The position numbers and the translations under genes were made by a program. Under the pieces are notes generated by a model. The model made no database searches and was not told where the DNA came from. It saw only the letters and a list, made by a program, of their open reading frames with translations. A stretch of 49,055 bases of DNA. Source: Geothrix sp. (lineage in GTDB: Bacteria; Acidobacteriota; Holophagae; Holophagales; Holophagaceae). Below, piece after piece: positions 17,309 through 27,090 of this stretch. Position 1 is the stretch's first letter. Every line of letters starts with the position of its first letter. The stretch is taken from positions 1 through 49,055 of the forward strand of contig JANYAZ010000309.1 in the NCBI GenBank assembly GCA_025361045.1, read 5' to 3'.

Positions 17309-17862
17309 GCGAGCCCCAACTCGATCCGATGCTGATGCAGGACGGCAATGATGCGGGCGAGGTGATCATCCTCGGTGCCACCGACGGTCTCGATGAGCAT
17401 CCGAAGGCCCTCAGCCACCTCAAAGCGGTCCACGCCTGCGGCGAAGGCCCGGTCCTTCAGCTTCTTCTTCACGCTCTTGGGTTCGAGTCCCTCGGTACGG
17501 GTGGGGCGGACCAGGGCGCAGGCCATGACGAAGCCGGTGATCTCGTCGGAGGCCAACAGGGCCTTGTCCAGCAGGCTGTCATAGGAGACATTCCACCTGG
17601 TGTAGTGGGCACTGATGGCATGGGCAAGGTCCGTTTCCCCTCGGTCCAGCAGCCAAGCCACAATGCGCTTGGGGTGTTCTTGCGGCCAACTGTCGTAGTC
17701 TGCGTCATGGAGCAGGCCCGCCAAACCGAATGGTTCACTATCCTGGCCGACTCGGTCCGCCAGGTCCCGCATGACGAGTTCTACCGCCCTGGCGTGGGTC
17801 CTCAATTTCTCAGATGGCGTCCAGTCGCAGAGCAGTTGCCAGGCTTCCTCGCGGGTGAGCAT
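17305..17862 (-). CDS. HD-domain hydrolase
   Basis: LRTHARAVE, GLLHDADY, DEITGF, SVKKKLKDRAFAAGVDR. Confidence 0.88.
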   Translation of the reverse strand: MLTREEAWQLLCDWTPSEKLRTHARAVELVMRDLADRVGQDSEPFGLAGLLHDADYDSWPQEHPKRIVAWLLDRGETDLAHAISAHYTRWNVSYDSLLDKALLASDEITGFVMACALVRPTRTEGLEPKSVKKKLKDRAFAAGVDRFEVAEGLRMLIETVGGTEDDHLARIIAVLHQHRIELGLA

Positions 17863-17872
17863 CAGGGAATCC

Positions 17873-18703
17873 TCAGGGGATGACGATGGTGGACCTGGGC
17901 GGGCCGGGGTCGGGATCACCGGAGTAGCGGACGGATTCGAGGAACAGCCCCGAGGCTGGCGCGGCCTTCGCTCCCCAGTAGAGGTTTGCGGCTTCAGTGG
18001 GATTGCGAAGATCCTCGAGCACCCGACGCGGCTCTTCTTCCCCCATGGCACAGGCCACAGAAGCGCCCACCATGCGCCGCACCTGGCGACGGAAGAAGTG
18101 GGTGGCGCGCACCCGCAACAAGATCAGGGCGCCGGACTCGGCCACTTCGCAGCGGAGGAGCCTGGCCCGGCCATCCTCCTCGGTGTCGAGATCAGCGAAG
18201 GCGGATACATCCTGGTCTCCCTCGAAGGCCGACCAGGCCCGGGTCAAACGGTCGAGATCAAGGCTGCGCTTTACCCACCAGATCCAGGGCTTGCCAAAGG
18301 CACTGCGGCGTCGGCTGATCTGATACAGGTAGGTGCGATCCACAGCATCATGACGGGCATGGAATCGGGGCGGACAGCTGCGGACATCCCGAATGGAAAT
18401 GTCCTGGGGCAGGGCACTGTCCAGGATGCGTCGTAGCTCGCCGGGACGGGGAGCCCCTTTGGCTTCCAGATGGAGATGAGCGACCTGGCCGAGGGCATGG
18501 ACCCCAGCATCGGTTCGACCGGCACCGCCGAGATACGTCAGGCGCAGACCGGCCTCGTGAAGGACGTGCTCGATGCTTCCTGCCACGGTTCGAACACCTT
18601 CCCGGGATTGCTTGGCACCCTGGCGCTGCCAGCCCTGGAAGCGACTTCCGTCGTATTCGATCAGCAGGCGGAAAGACGCCAGAGGGGGAGCATTCAAAGC
18701 CAT
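17873..18703 (-). CDS. truA: tRNA pseudouridine(38-40) synthase
   Basis: IEYDGSRFQGWQ, GRTDAGVHALGQV, FHARHDA, FFRRQVRRMVG, APASGLFL. Confidence 0.92.
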   Translation of the reverse strand: MALNAPPLASFRLLIEYDGSRFQGWQRQGAKQSREGVRTVAGSIEHVLHEAGLRLTYLGGAGRTDAGVHALGQVAHLHLEAKGAPRPGELRRILDSALPQDISIRDVRSCPPRFHARHDAVDRTYLYQISRRRSAFGKPWIWWVKRSLDLDRLTRAWSAFEGDQDVSAFADLDTEEDGRARLLRCEVAESGALILLRVRATHFFRRQVRRMVGASVACAMGEEEPRRVLEDLRNPTEAANLYWGAKAAPASGLFLESVRYSGDPDPGPPRSTIVIP

Positions 18704-18704
18704 C

Positions 18705-19103
18705 TCAAGGCTCGATGACGGCCTTAACGGCCGCAATCAAGGTGGCGGGATCATGGATCGGCTTGGCGATGTAGCCTTCGGCGCCAGTAAGTTCCAAGTA
18801 TTTTTCTCGATCACCGAACATCGCGTGAGCTGTGGCCAGCAGCACGGGAATGTGTCGTGTGACTTCATCCTTTTTCAGCAACTGGGTGATGAAGATGCCG
18901 TCCACCTTCCTGCCTTCGTAGCTGGACCTGGAGAGGCTCACATCCATGATGATGGCGGCGAGATCGGCTTCACGGGCCAGCCGGACGATTTCGTCCACTT
19001 CTTCTGAAACCAGAACCTCGTACCCGCCCTTCTTGACGAGCACGGTCTGGATGAACTTCACATTGATGGGGTCATCCTCCACCAGGAGAATCCGTTTGGA
19101 CAT
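18705..19103 (-). CDS. Single-domain response regulator (DivK-like)
   Basis: ILLVEDD, IIMDV, TAHAMFGDREK, YIAKPI. Confidence 0.92.
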   Translation of the reverse strand: MSKRILLVEDDPINVKFIQTVLVKKGGYEVLVSEEVDEIVRLAREADLAAIIMDVSLSRSSYEGRKVDGIFITQLLKKDEVTRHIPVLLATAHAMFGDREKYLELTGAEGYIAKPIHDPATLIAAVKAVIEP

Positions 19104-19137
19104 GAACGCCTCGACGTTTCCAGCCTATCGGCACTCG

Positions 19138-19986
19138 CTAGTAAGTGCCAAGCTTTTGCTGGGTTTCCAGACGATCGAGCAGGTCATCAGGCACCTGGAG
19201 ACCGCCGCGACCGCGGCCCAGGCGCAGGCCAGGCTTGTTTGCCCCGTGATAGTCGCTGCCACCGGTGACCACCATGCCGAGTTTCGCAGCAAGGGTCACG
19301 AAGTATTTCTGCTCGGCAGCGCGGTACTCACCGTAATACCCCTCGAGGCCTTCGAGACCCCGTTGCTGAAGGTCCGCCATGGCCTCATCCCAGCGAAAGC
19401 CGCCACGGATGAAACGGCCTGGGTGGGCGACCACGGGTACCCCTCCAGCCTCACGAATCCATTGAGCCGCTTCGGCAGGACTCAGCTCGTCCCGGGGCAC
19501 GAAGCCCGGGCAGTCATCGCCGATGAGGCGTTCAAAAGCCTCGGGAGCCCGGCGCACAAAGCCGCGGGTGGCCAGAGCCTCGGCGAAATGCACACGAGAG
19601 AGCAGCGGTGTTTCTGCGTGGGCCTGGACGTCCTCAAGGGTGATGGGACAACCGAGTTCCGCCAAACGCAGGATCATGCGGCGATTGCGATCCTCACGGC
19701 GCCCGCGGAGATTTTCGAGCCGGGCCTGGAAGATGGCATCAGCTGGATTGACCAGGAGTCCTAGGACATGAAGGGAATGCCCCAGGAAGCGGCAGCTGAG
19801 CTCGGTGCCTACCATGAGGCGAACTTTCACTCTGGGTTGCATCGCCAGAAATGCAGGGATGCCACCCAGCGTGTCGTGGTCCGTCAGACAGAGGGCCGAT
19901 AACCGCGCGTCTTCACCAAGCAAAGCCAAGTCCTCGGGCGTATCGGTGCCGTCGGAATGGAGGGTGTGGCAATGAAGGTCGATCAC
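19138..19986 (-). CDS. PHP-domain phosphoesterase (TrpH/YciV-like)
   Basis: DLHCHTLHSDG, TDHDT, HVLG, AHP, GGSDYHG. Confidence 0.93.
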   Translation of the reverse strand: MIDLHCHTLHSDGTDTPEDLALLGEDARLSALCLTDHDTLGGIPAFLAMQPRVKVRLMVGTELSCRFLGHSLHVLGLLVNPADAIFQARLENLRGRREDRNRRMILRLAELGCPITLEDVQAHAETPLLSRVHFAEALATRGFVRRAPEAFERLIGDDCPGFVPRDELSPAEAAQWIREAGGVPVVAHPGRFIRGGFRWDEAMADLQQRGLEGLEGYYGEYRAAEQKYFVTLAAKLGMVVTGGSDYHGANKPGLRLGRGRGGLQVPDDLLDRLETQQKLGTY

Positions 19987-20023
19987 AATCCGACCGTAGC
20001 AGAGCGCAGGGAGGATTGGACGG

Positions 20024-20042
20024 AATGCCCCGAAGGGGCATT
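20024..20042. other. Short perfect hairpin with a GAA triloop
   Basis: AATGCCCC-GAA-GGGGCATT, intergenic. Confidence 0.6.
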
Positions 20043-20074
20043 GCCGCCCGGAGGGCGAGGGCCGGAGGCCCGAG

Positions 20075-20371
20075 TCACGATACTTCTCCGGAAGCCTTTT
20101 TGTTGGCCCGATAGAGTGCCGCCAGGAGTACTGCGACAGCCTGGAACAGGTCAGGGGGAATGAGACGATCCAGGTCCAGGGGCTCTAGGGCGGCCAGCAG
20201 GTCGGGATCCTTGGAGATCGATACACCATGCTGCTTGGCGAGGTCCAGAATGCGTTCCGCAAGAAGTCCCTGGCCTTTGGCGACCAGTCGTGGTGCGGCA
20301 TCCTGGAAGGGCACCTCCGGCCGGTACCGCAGAGCGGCAGCGCGGGGGCGAGAAGAACCTGGACGGGCCAT
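20075..20371 (-). CDS. Stand-alone FlhB C-terminal-like (EscU/YscU/HrcU family) protein
   Basis: AAALRY..APRLVAKGQGLLAERI, IPPDLFQAVA. Confidence 0.85.
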   Translation of the reverse strand: MARPGSSRPRAAALRYRPEVPFQDAAPRLVAKGQGLLAERILDLAKQHGVSISKDPDLLAALEPLDLDRLIPPDLFQAVAVLLAALYRANKKASGEVS

Positions 20372-20394
20372 GAGCCCTTTATCGGTCAATGGCC

Positions 20395-21921
20395 CTACTG
20401 GACGAAGTTCGAAGCGCTTTGCGCATCGTCGGCGGGCTCATCCATGGCCAGGCGGCGGAACAGCTTTACGTCGGCCAGGGACAGGATGCTCATGTAAGAG
20501 AAGCCGCTGAAGAACAGCCAGAGGAATGGAACGGAAGCCCACTTGCGGATGTAGATGGCCACCAGGACCGCGCCGAAGTAGTAGATGGCGAAGCCGAGCT
20601 CCAGGAAGGTCATGAGGCTCTTGGGCACTTTGTAGGCCCGCTTGGTGACAGAGTTGCCATTGGCATCCACGCCGTATTTGGGGGTGCGCTTGAATTCCTT
20701 GTCGTCGGTGAAGAAGCCCTCCAGGACGGCCTTGGCCTGATTCAAGGCGAGGCCAATCCCCAAGCCCATGAGACCGGGGATGTACTTCAGCCGGGACTTC
20801 CAACCCGTGTTGTCGGTCAGTTCCTTCTGAGAGAGACCGAAGTAGAGGCCCACGCTGACCGCGTTCAGCAGAAAGAAGGGGCCATCCGTAAGGAGCAGGA
20901 TGTGGATCGGCGTACCGGCCCGAAAGATCATGGCGGGCACCATGATGACGGAAAGCACCACCATCAACATGTAGTTGCAGTTGGCCGTGAGGTGGAACCA
21001 GCACTCGAGCTTGGTGTGCAGGCTCTCGTTGGACATCCAGATGGTCTTCATGAGCTTGCGGATGACCTGGGCATTGCCCTTGGCCCAGCGATGCTGCTGG
21101 CTCTTGAAGGCGTTGACCTCGACGGGCAACTCGGCCGGGACGACCAGATCCTTGAGATAGACGCCCTTCCAGCCCTTGAGCTGGGCGCGGTAGGAAAGAT
21201 CGGCGTCCTCCGTGATGGTGTCGTGTTCCCAGCCGCCGGCATCGGCGATGGCGGATACTCGCCACATACCGGCCGTGCCGCTGAAATTGAAAAAGGCCTT
21301 GGAGCGGTTACGAGCGGTGTGCTCGAAGACGAAGTGGCCGTCGAGCAGGATGGCTTGGACCTGGGTCAGCAGGGAGAACTCGCGGTTCAGGTGGGCCCAG
21401 CAGCCCTGGACGAAGGCCACCTTCTCGTTGGCGAAGTGGGGCACAGCCTTGCGGAGGAAATCCTCGGTGGGCAGGAAGTCCGCGTCGAACATGGCCACCA
21501 GCTCGCCCTTGGCGACCTTGAGGCCCTCAGACAGGGCGCCGGCCTTGAAGCCCGTGCGGTCCGTCCGATGCAGGTAGTGGATGTCGAAGCCCAGGGCCTT
21601 GTAGCGGTCGACCACGGCGCTGGCGACCTTGACCGTGTCGTCGGTGGAGTCGTCCAGCACCTGGATCTCAAGCTTCTCCCTGGGCCAGTCCATCTTCACG
21701 ACGTATTCCATGAGTCGCTCGATGACATTCATCTCGTTGAACACGGCCAACTGGACCGTGACCACGGGGAGGTAGGACTCGTCACCCATGGCCTGGGGCA
21801 CGTCCTTCTTGTGACGGTAGTAGAGGAGCAACATCCAGAGGCGATGGGCCCCATAGATGCTCAGGATGGTGAGCAACGTGAAGTAGGTGACAAGTACGAC
21901 TGATTTGACGACTTCCATCAC
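20395..21921 (-). CDS. Membrane-bound processive GT2 glycosyltransferase (cellulose-synthase-like)
   Basis: QVLDDSTD, GFKAGAL, FDADF, TED, QQHRW (QxxRW); multiple TM helices. Confidence 0.92.
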   Translation of the reverse strand: MMEVVKSVVLVTYFTLLTILSIYGAHRLWMLLLYYRHKKDVPQAMGDESYLPVVTVQLAVFNEMNVIERLMEYVVKMDWPREKLEIQVLDDSTDDTVKVASAVVDRYKALGFDIHYLHRTDRTGFKAGALSEGLKVAKGELVAMFDADFLPTEDFLRKAVPHFANEKVAFVQGCWAHLNREFSLLTQVQAILLDGHFVFEHTARNRSKAFFNFSGTAGMWRVSAIADAGGWEHDTITEDADLSYRAQLKGWKGVYLKDLVVPAELPVEVNAFKSQQHRWAKGNAQVIRKLMKTIWMSNESLHTKLECWFHLTANCNYMLMVVLSVIMVPAMIFRAGTPIHILLLTDGPFFLLNAVSVGLYFGLSQKELTDNTGWKSRLKYIPGLMGLGIGLALNQAKAVLEGFFTDDKEFKRTPKYGVDANGNSVTKRAYKVPKSLMTFLELGFAIYYFGAVLVAIYIRKWASVPFLWLFFSGFSYMSILSLADVKLFRRLAMDEPADDAQSASNFVQ

Positions 21922-22045
21922 GGAATAAACCCCCCACAGCCCAGGTCAGTGGGCCTGCTTTATTTTGTCACAAGTTCTAGGAAAATCCATGAAAAACCTA
22001 ACAATCTACAGCCTCATCTCCGATGCGTCCGGTAGGATGACAACC

Positions 22046-23953
22046 ATGGGTGACCTCGACAACCTCAGCCTCCCCAGAATGATCGGCCGCTACCAGGTCC
22101 TTCGCCTGCTTGGGTCCGGTGCCATGGGAAGCGTTGTCCTGGCCGAGGACCCCCGGATCAAGCGAAAAGTGGCCATCAAGCTCATGAAGCTGGACGCGGT
22201 GCGCACCGAGGCGGATCAGCATGAGTACCTGGCCCGATTTCAACGGGAAGCCGAGGTCTCAGGTCTCCTGAACCACCCAGGCATCGTCGCCATCTACGAC
22301 GTGGGGGAAGTGGAGGGTCACGGCCCTTTCCTGGCCATGGAATTTGTGGCCGGGAAACCGCTGGATGGGCTCATCAAGAATGGACCACCCTTGTCCATCA
22401 AGGAGAAACTCCGGATTGCCGTGGGTTTGGCCGAGGCCCTTGACCATGCCCATGCCAAGGCCATCGTCCACCGGGACGTCAAGCCAGGGAACGTCATGGT
22501 GAGTGAAGATGGCCGTCCCAAGCTCATGGATTTCGGGATCGCGAAGCGGGAAGACGCCAGCCTCACGCAGACCGGCACCTTCCTCGGCACGCCCAGCTAT
22601 GCCAGCCCCGAACAGATCAAGGAAGGCACCGTCGACAACCGTTCTGACATTTTCAGTTTCGGTGTTCTGGTCTTCGAGCTCATGAGCGGCCAGTCACCCT
22701 TCCCCGGTTCGTCCATCAACACCATCCTCTACCGCATCGTGAATGAGCCTCCCATCGAAGTGCAGCCACCGGTCATGGGAGTCCTGCCCGAAGGATGGCG
22801 CAGGGTATTTGACAGGGTGCTTGCCAAGCGACCCGCCGACCGGCACCCATCCTGCACGGCCTTTGTGCGGGATCTGCTCGATGCGGTGGTGGAACTTGGA
22901 AAGGAAGACCGCCGGGAAGTTCTGGGCCTCATGCGGATGAGTGGCGAGGCCCCGATTCCGGAGATCGTCTCCACGTCTTTCGACGAAACGATGGTCGTGG
23001 CCCGTCCTGAGTCCAGGAAGGCGCAGTGGCCCTGGATGACGGCCCTGGTGCTGGTTGCCGCCCTGGTCGGCGGCTGGTTCATCTATCAAGCTCCCAGGAG
23101 GACGAGGCTTAAGATCGATTCCATCCCCGCCAAGGCGAAGGTCTTTCTCAACGACCTGGAAGTGGGCTCCACGCCCCAGAACCAGCCCCTGATGCAAGGC
23201 GACAAGCTTCGCCTCGAGGCAAAGGGATTCGAACCCCTTCTCTACGAACTCAAGCCAGGTGAAGCACCCCCATCCGTGTTCGAGTTGAAGCCCATCATCA
23301 GCAATCAATTGGTGGATTCGACCCCCAAGGGCGCCACGGTGGTGTTGGATGAGAAGACCCTGGAGGGCGAGACACCGCTCCTGATCCAATGGAACCAGGG
23401 GCTCCCTCATCGCCTGACGCTCACCAAGGACAAGCTTGGCCATGCCCTGGACTTCGGACCTGGTGAGGTTCCGGGGGGTCGTGTCTTTGAGCTCAAAGAA
23501 GCCACCACGGCTGAGACACGGCAGGAACCTGCCCTGAATCCAAACGATCCGGGTTCCCTCAAGCTGGCCGGTGGTTTCAGCGTACGGGTGAAATCGGCTG
23601 GCAAGGACCTGGGGGAGCTCAGTCCCGGCGGGAAGTTGGCCCTGGCCCCTGGTACCTACCAACTGGAGCTGCTCAGCACTCGCTACTTCTACAGGGATGC
23701 TCGAGCCGTCACCGTATCCCCCGGCCAGACGGCGACTCTTACCGTAACGGGTCTTGCCTTCCTCACCATCAATACGTTTCCGGGGTCAGGGAAGGTCTTC
23801 GTGGATGGCCAGGACACGGGCACCGAAAGCGACGGCAGCAGCCCGGTCCAGGTCGCTCTGGGCCGCCACACGATCACGGTCCGTGGGCCCAAGGGGACCA
23901 AGACTGAAACCCTGGATGTGACCGGGGACAAGCTGTTGAGCTTCCCGCTTTGA
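22046..23953 (+). CDS. Ser/Thr protein kinase with a TM helix and PEGA-like extracellular repeats
   Basis: LGSGAMG, VAIK, HRDVKPGN, DFG, YASPEQ, DIFSFG; SIPAKAKVFLN and STPKGATVVLD repeats; start uncertain (22037 or 22046). Confidence 0.93.
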   Translation: MGDLDNLSLPRMIGRYQVLRLLGSGAMGSVVLAEDPRIKRKVAIKLMKLDAVRTEADQHEYLARFQREAEVSGLLNHPGIVAIYDVGEVEGHGPFLAMEFVAGKPLDGLIKNGPPLSIKEKLRIAVGLAEALDHAHAKAIVHRDVKPGNVMVSEDGRPKLMDFGIAKREDASLTQTGTFLGTPSYASPEQIKEGTVDNRSDIFSFGVLVFELMSGQSPFPGSSINTILYRIVNEPPIEVQPPVMGVLPEGWRRVFDRVLAKRPADRHPSCTAFVRDLLDAVVELGKEDRREVLGLMRMSGEAPIPEIVSTSFDETMVVARPESRKAQWPWMTALVLVAALVGGWFIYQAPRRTRLKIDSIPAKAKVFLNDLEVGSTPQNQPLMQGDKLRLEAKGFEPLLYELKPGEAPPSVFELKPIISNQLVDSTPKGATVVLDEKTLEGETPLLIQWNQGLPHRLTLTKDKLGHALDFGPGEVPGGRVFELKEATTAETRQEPALNPNDPGSLKLAGGFSVRVKSAGKDLGELSPGGKLALAPGTYQLELLSTRYFYRDARAVTVSPGQTATLTVTGLAFLTINTFPGSGKVFVDGQDTGTESDGSSPVQVALGRHTITVRGPKGTKTETLDVTGDKLLSFPL

Positions 23954-24020
23954 GACCCACCCCCTCGGGTGGCAGCAAGCGCGCAGCTGCCGATTTCGAA
24001 TCCTTCAAGCGCTCCCCAAT

Positions 24021-24042
24021 CAAAAAGCCGCCTTGCGGCGGC
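24021..24042 (-). terminator. Intrinsic terminator after tRNA-Gln
   Basis: Minus strand GCCGCC-GCAA-GGCGGC-TTTTT. Confidence 0.85.
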
Positions 24043-24046
24043 CATG

Positions 24047-24121
24047 TGGTTGGGGAGGAAGGATTCGAACCCTCGGTACGCAGGATCAAAACCTGCTGCC
24101 TTACCACTTGGCTACTCCCCA
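24047..24121 (-). tRNA. tRNA-Gln (TTG)
   Basis: TGGGGAGTAGCCAAGTGGTAAGGCA-GCAGG-TTTTGAT-CCTGC..GGTTCGAATCC..CTCCCCAACCA cloverleaf with encoded CCA. Confidence 0.97.
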
Positions 24122-24178
24122 GGCGGAAAGGCAAGCATAGCGCGGGTTCGCGTCCCACCCAAGCCCCGAGATTCGGCC

Positions 24179-24538
24179 TCAGGGGTTGGGCTTAGGGGTG
24201 AAGCCGAACTCCTCGACGCTCAACAGGTCGGGGCGCACTTGGGCAGCTTCGCCGCGCTCGATGCGGCTCAGGGCGCGATGGCCAGTGGCGGTTTCGTAAG
24301 CCAACAGGACCTTCTCCTCGATGACTTCGCGCAGCGTATTGTTCAGGGGGTAGGCGATGTCCTTGAAGCTGCCATCCCGCTTGCGGCGACTGGGCATGGC
24401 CACGAAGTAGCCATCCTCACCCTCCACCACGCGCAGATCCCCCACCAGGAAGCAGTCTTCGATGACGAGGGCGGCAAAGGCCTTCAACTTGTCATCGCCG
24501 TCCACCTTGGTGATCCGAATGTCGGTGATCGTGAGCAT
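24179..24538 (-). CDS. spoVG: SpoVG family nucleic-acid-binding protein
   Basis: ITDIRI..KLKAFA..FVAMPSRR..DGSFKDIAYP. Confidence 0.92.
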   Translation of the reverse strand: MLTITDIRITKVDGDDKLKAFAALVIEDCFLVGDLRVVEGEDGYFVAMPSRRKRDGSFKDIAYPLNNTLREVIEEKVLLAYETATGHRALSRIERGEAAQVRPDLLSVEEFGFTPKPNP

Positions 24539-24591
24539 GTCAATCCTTGGGCTACAGACCTCGGCCTTCAGGAGCGAGGCCGACCTTCAGC

Positions 24592-25257
24592 TTATCCGAT
24601 CTCGATCCAGCCCCACTGGCGATCGGTGGTTTCACCTCGTCGGTAGGAGTAGAGCAGATCGGGTCGGCAGACGGTGCAGAAGCGCACACTGCCATTCTTG
24701 GAAGGGTCCAGTCCCAGGTCCAGGCCCTGCGCGTGGAGGAAACCATGCAGATCCAGGTGGGCCTTTCCAGCAGAACCCTCAGTGCGCAGGGTGTCCTGCC
24801 AGGCAGGATCCAACCGGGCCGCGGAGATGACCTCGTCCCCCACCTCGAAGTGGCAGGCGAGGATGGCGGGGCCCAAGGCCCACACCAGGTTCCAGGGATC
24901 TCCACCCAGGGATTGATAGAGGGCGACGCCACGCCGCAGGATGCCACCCCCGGGTGCGGGATCGCCATGTCCAGTGGCTCCACGCCAACCTGCGTGCAGG
25001 GCCGCGACCCAGGGCTTTCCTCCCGCCACCTTTCCCGCCAACAGCACGGGAACACAGTCCGCCACCCTCACACCGATGCGGGTCCCCGGGGAGGTGGTCC
25101 AGATGCCATCGCCTTCAACCACTGCATCGGAAGCCTCCACCACGCCACAGCGATGGACCTGATTCAGGCGTCGATCGGGAAGCGATGCGGCCAGGTCCAA
25201 GCGGGTGGAGAAGCCCCAGCTGAGCGGAAAGGGGACCGTAACAGCGGGAATCAGCAC
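24592..25257 (-). CDS. pgeF: YfiH/PgeF family purine nucleoside phosphorylase (laccase-domain) protein
   Basis: QVH, ADCVPVLL, HAGWRG, GPAI..CHFEVG, CT.C..YSYRR; start uncertain. Confidence 0.85.
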   Translation of the reverse strand: MLIPAVTVPFPLSWGFSTRLDLAASLPDRRLNQVHRCGVVEASDAVVEGDGIWTTSPGTRIGVRVADCVPVLLAGKVAGGKPWVAALHAGWRGATGHGDPAPGGGILRRGVALYQSLGGDPWNLVWALGPAILACHFEVGDEVISAARLDPAWQDTLRTEGSAGKAHLDLHGFLHAQGLDLGLDPSKNGSVRFCTVCRPDLLYSYRRGETTDRQWGWIEIG

Positions 25258-25264
25258 CAGAAAG

Positions 25265-26119
25265 TCAGCCCTTGGATCCCGGGTGAGCTTCCAGCCACTG
25301 CTTGATGCGGTTGGCATCCCCCAGGCGGGTGTATTTGCCCCAGGAATCCAGCAGGATGACCAGCACGGGCCGATTCGCCAGCATGGCCTGCATGACGAGG
25401 CAGCGCCCGGCCTCCTCGATGTAGCCGGTCTTGGAGAGGCCGATATTCCAGCGAGGGTTTCGGACCAGGGCGTTGGTGTTTGGGAACTGGATGCTGCGTC
25501 GTCCTGCCTGGATGGTGGTCGCGGGGCGCGTGCTGAAATCACGGATTTCTGGGTAGCGATAGGCGGCCTGGAGGAGGTGCGCCAGATCCCAGGCTGTGGC
25601 CACATTGCCACTGGAAAGCCCCGAGGGGTCCTCGAAGTGGGCACCGCTGAGGCCAAGTTCCTTCGCCTTCTCGTTCATGGCCCGAACAAAGCTCGTCAGC
25701 CCGCCTGGATAGGTGCGACCGAGGGCATGGGCGGCGCGATTCTCCGAGGCCAGCAGCGCCAGGAGCAGGGCTTGCTCCCTTGGCAGGCGGGTGCCGACCG
25801 GGAGGCGTGAGCGACTGTGGCGCAGCGAATCCTTGTCATCACTCGTGATGGTCAACAGCTCACTGGGGTCGAGATGAGCATCAAGCAAAACCATGGCGGT
25901 CATGAGTTTGGTCAGGGAGGCGATGGGCACCACCGCGGCAGCCTGTTTTTCGAGCAAGGCCTGGCCTGTGCTCTGGTCCAGCACCAGGGCGGAGGCGGAT
26001 TTCAGGAACAGTCGGCCAGGTACCGTGGGCGTACCCGCGTGCAGAGTCATGGCTCCCAGGGCCAGCGCGCCGAGGGTCAGCGCGCCGAGCAACCGCCGTA
26101 TCCCTTTGCCTGACCCCAT
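25265..26119 (-). CDS. pbpG: D-alanyl-D-alanine endopeptidase (PBP7-like, peptidase S11)
   Basis: Signal peptide; ASLTK (SxxK), SEN (SxN) and KTG motifs, KTGYIEEAGRCLVM. Confidence 0.88.
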   Translation of the reverse strand: MGSGKGIRRLLGALTLGALALGAMTLHAGTPTVPGRLFLKSASALVLDQSTGQALLEKQAAAVVPIASLTKLMTAMVLLDAHLDPSELLTITSDDKDSLRHSRSRLPVGTRLPREQALLLALLASENRAAHALGRTYPGGLTSFVRAMNEKAKELGLSGAHFEDPSGLSSGNVATAWDLAHLLQAAYRYPEIRDFSTRPATTIQAGRRSIQFPNTNALVRNPRWNIGLSKTGYIEEAGRCLVMQAMLANRPVLVILLDSWGKYTRLGDANRIKQWLEAHPGSKG

Positions 26120-26193
26120 GCCTGCTCCAGAAGATTCCGACTGTTATCACTTCTTCCTAGTCTATCGGATCTAGAGGCCGATGACTCAAGTCA

Positions 26194-27090
26194 TCAGGGC
26201 CAGAGCAGCGCAAGAAGGCTCAGGTCCGTGACAGCCCAGGCACCCAGCCCCCAGTACATGCCGGTTTCATGCTGATGGTCAGTCCAATTCCGCCAGTTCT
26301 TCAACCATGGAAGCAGGACCGCCAGCCAGGCAAGCATCGATGGAAGGAGGAACACCGGGGTTCGGCCCATGGCGCGGATTGCGGCCAGGAAGAACCCGTG
26401 GGCGACCAGGACCGCCAGGAGGGCGAGGATCAGACTGCGACCCACACCCACTTGGATCACCAGGGTTCGGTCGCCCCGTCGACTGTCCTCGGCCACCTGG
26501 TAGATCTGGGTCATGGGATAGAGGGTGGCGAACAGGAAAGCGAAGCCGATGCAGGCCAAGAGAATGGTCTGGCTAAAGGGCCGCCCGGTCAGGGCCCAGC
26601 CCGCCATGGGGGTCAGCATCCCAAAACCGACACAGTTGATGAGGAGATCCCAGCCGGCCCTGGCCTTGAGTCGCGGGGGGGGGACCGAATACAGAAGGCT
26701 CATCACCACGCAGGAGAGGTTGATGAGGGCGAAGGGCAGGGGCAGCAGGAAGCCCAGGAGGGCCGCCGCGCCGAGCAGGACGGACGAGAAGGCGACCAGG
26801 TGTTCTGGAGGTTTCGGGGGCGCCTTGAGATAGCCGATGTCGCCCTCGTCCTGGTCGAAGGCGCTGTTGATGGCAAGCGTCCCGCCATTCATGAGCGCCA
26901 CGTAAACGAGCCATCCAAGGAACGCAGGCCGGGCGCGAAGGCCCATGCCTGTAGCCAGGAGGGTGCCCAGGAGGAAGTGGGCGGACATGATCGGCCACTC
27001 CAGGGGACGGAGGTGCAGCAGGTAGGGCATGGCCCCGGCACCGACCACGCCCTCGAAAAAACGGCGGACAGGAAACGGGCCGCCTGTCAT
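26194..27090 (-). CDS. UbiA-family prenyltransferase
   Basis: INSAFDQDEGD, YSVPPPRLK, YQVAEDSRRGDRTL; multiple TM helices. Confidence 0.85.
   Translation of the reverse strand: MTGGPFPVRRFFEGVVGAGAMPYLLHLRPLEWPIMSAHFLLGTLLATGMGLRARPAFLGWLVYVALMNGGTLAINSAFDQDEGDIGYLKAPPKPPEHLVAFSSVLLGAAALLGFLLPLPFALINLSCVVMSLLYSVPPPRLKARAGWDLLINCVGFGMLTPMAGWALTGRPFSQTILLACIGFAFLFATLYPMTQIYQVAEDSRRGDRTLVIQVGVGRSLILALLAVLVAHGFFLAAIRAMGRTPVFLLPSMLAWLAVLLPWLKNWRNWTDHQHETGMYWGLGAWAVTDLSLLALLWP

Noticed and set aside
20389-21903. 504-aa + strand ORF antisense to the GT2 gene
   Set aside because: Shadow ORF from high GC3 codon bias; no recognisable motifs, while the minus strand has clear GT2 motifs
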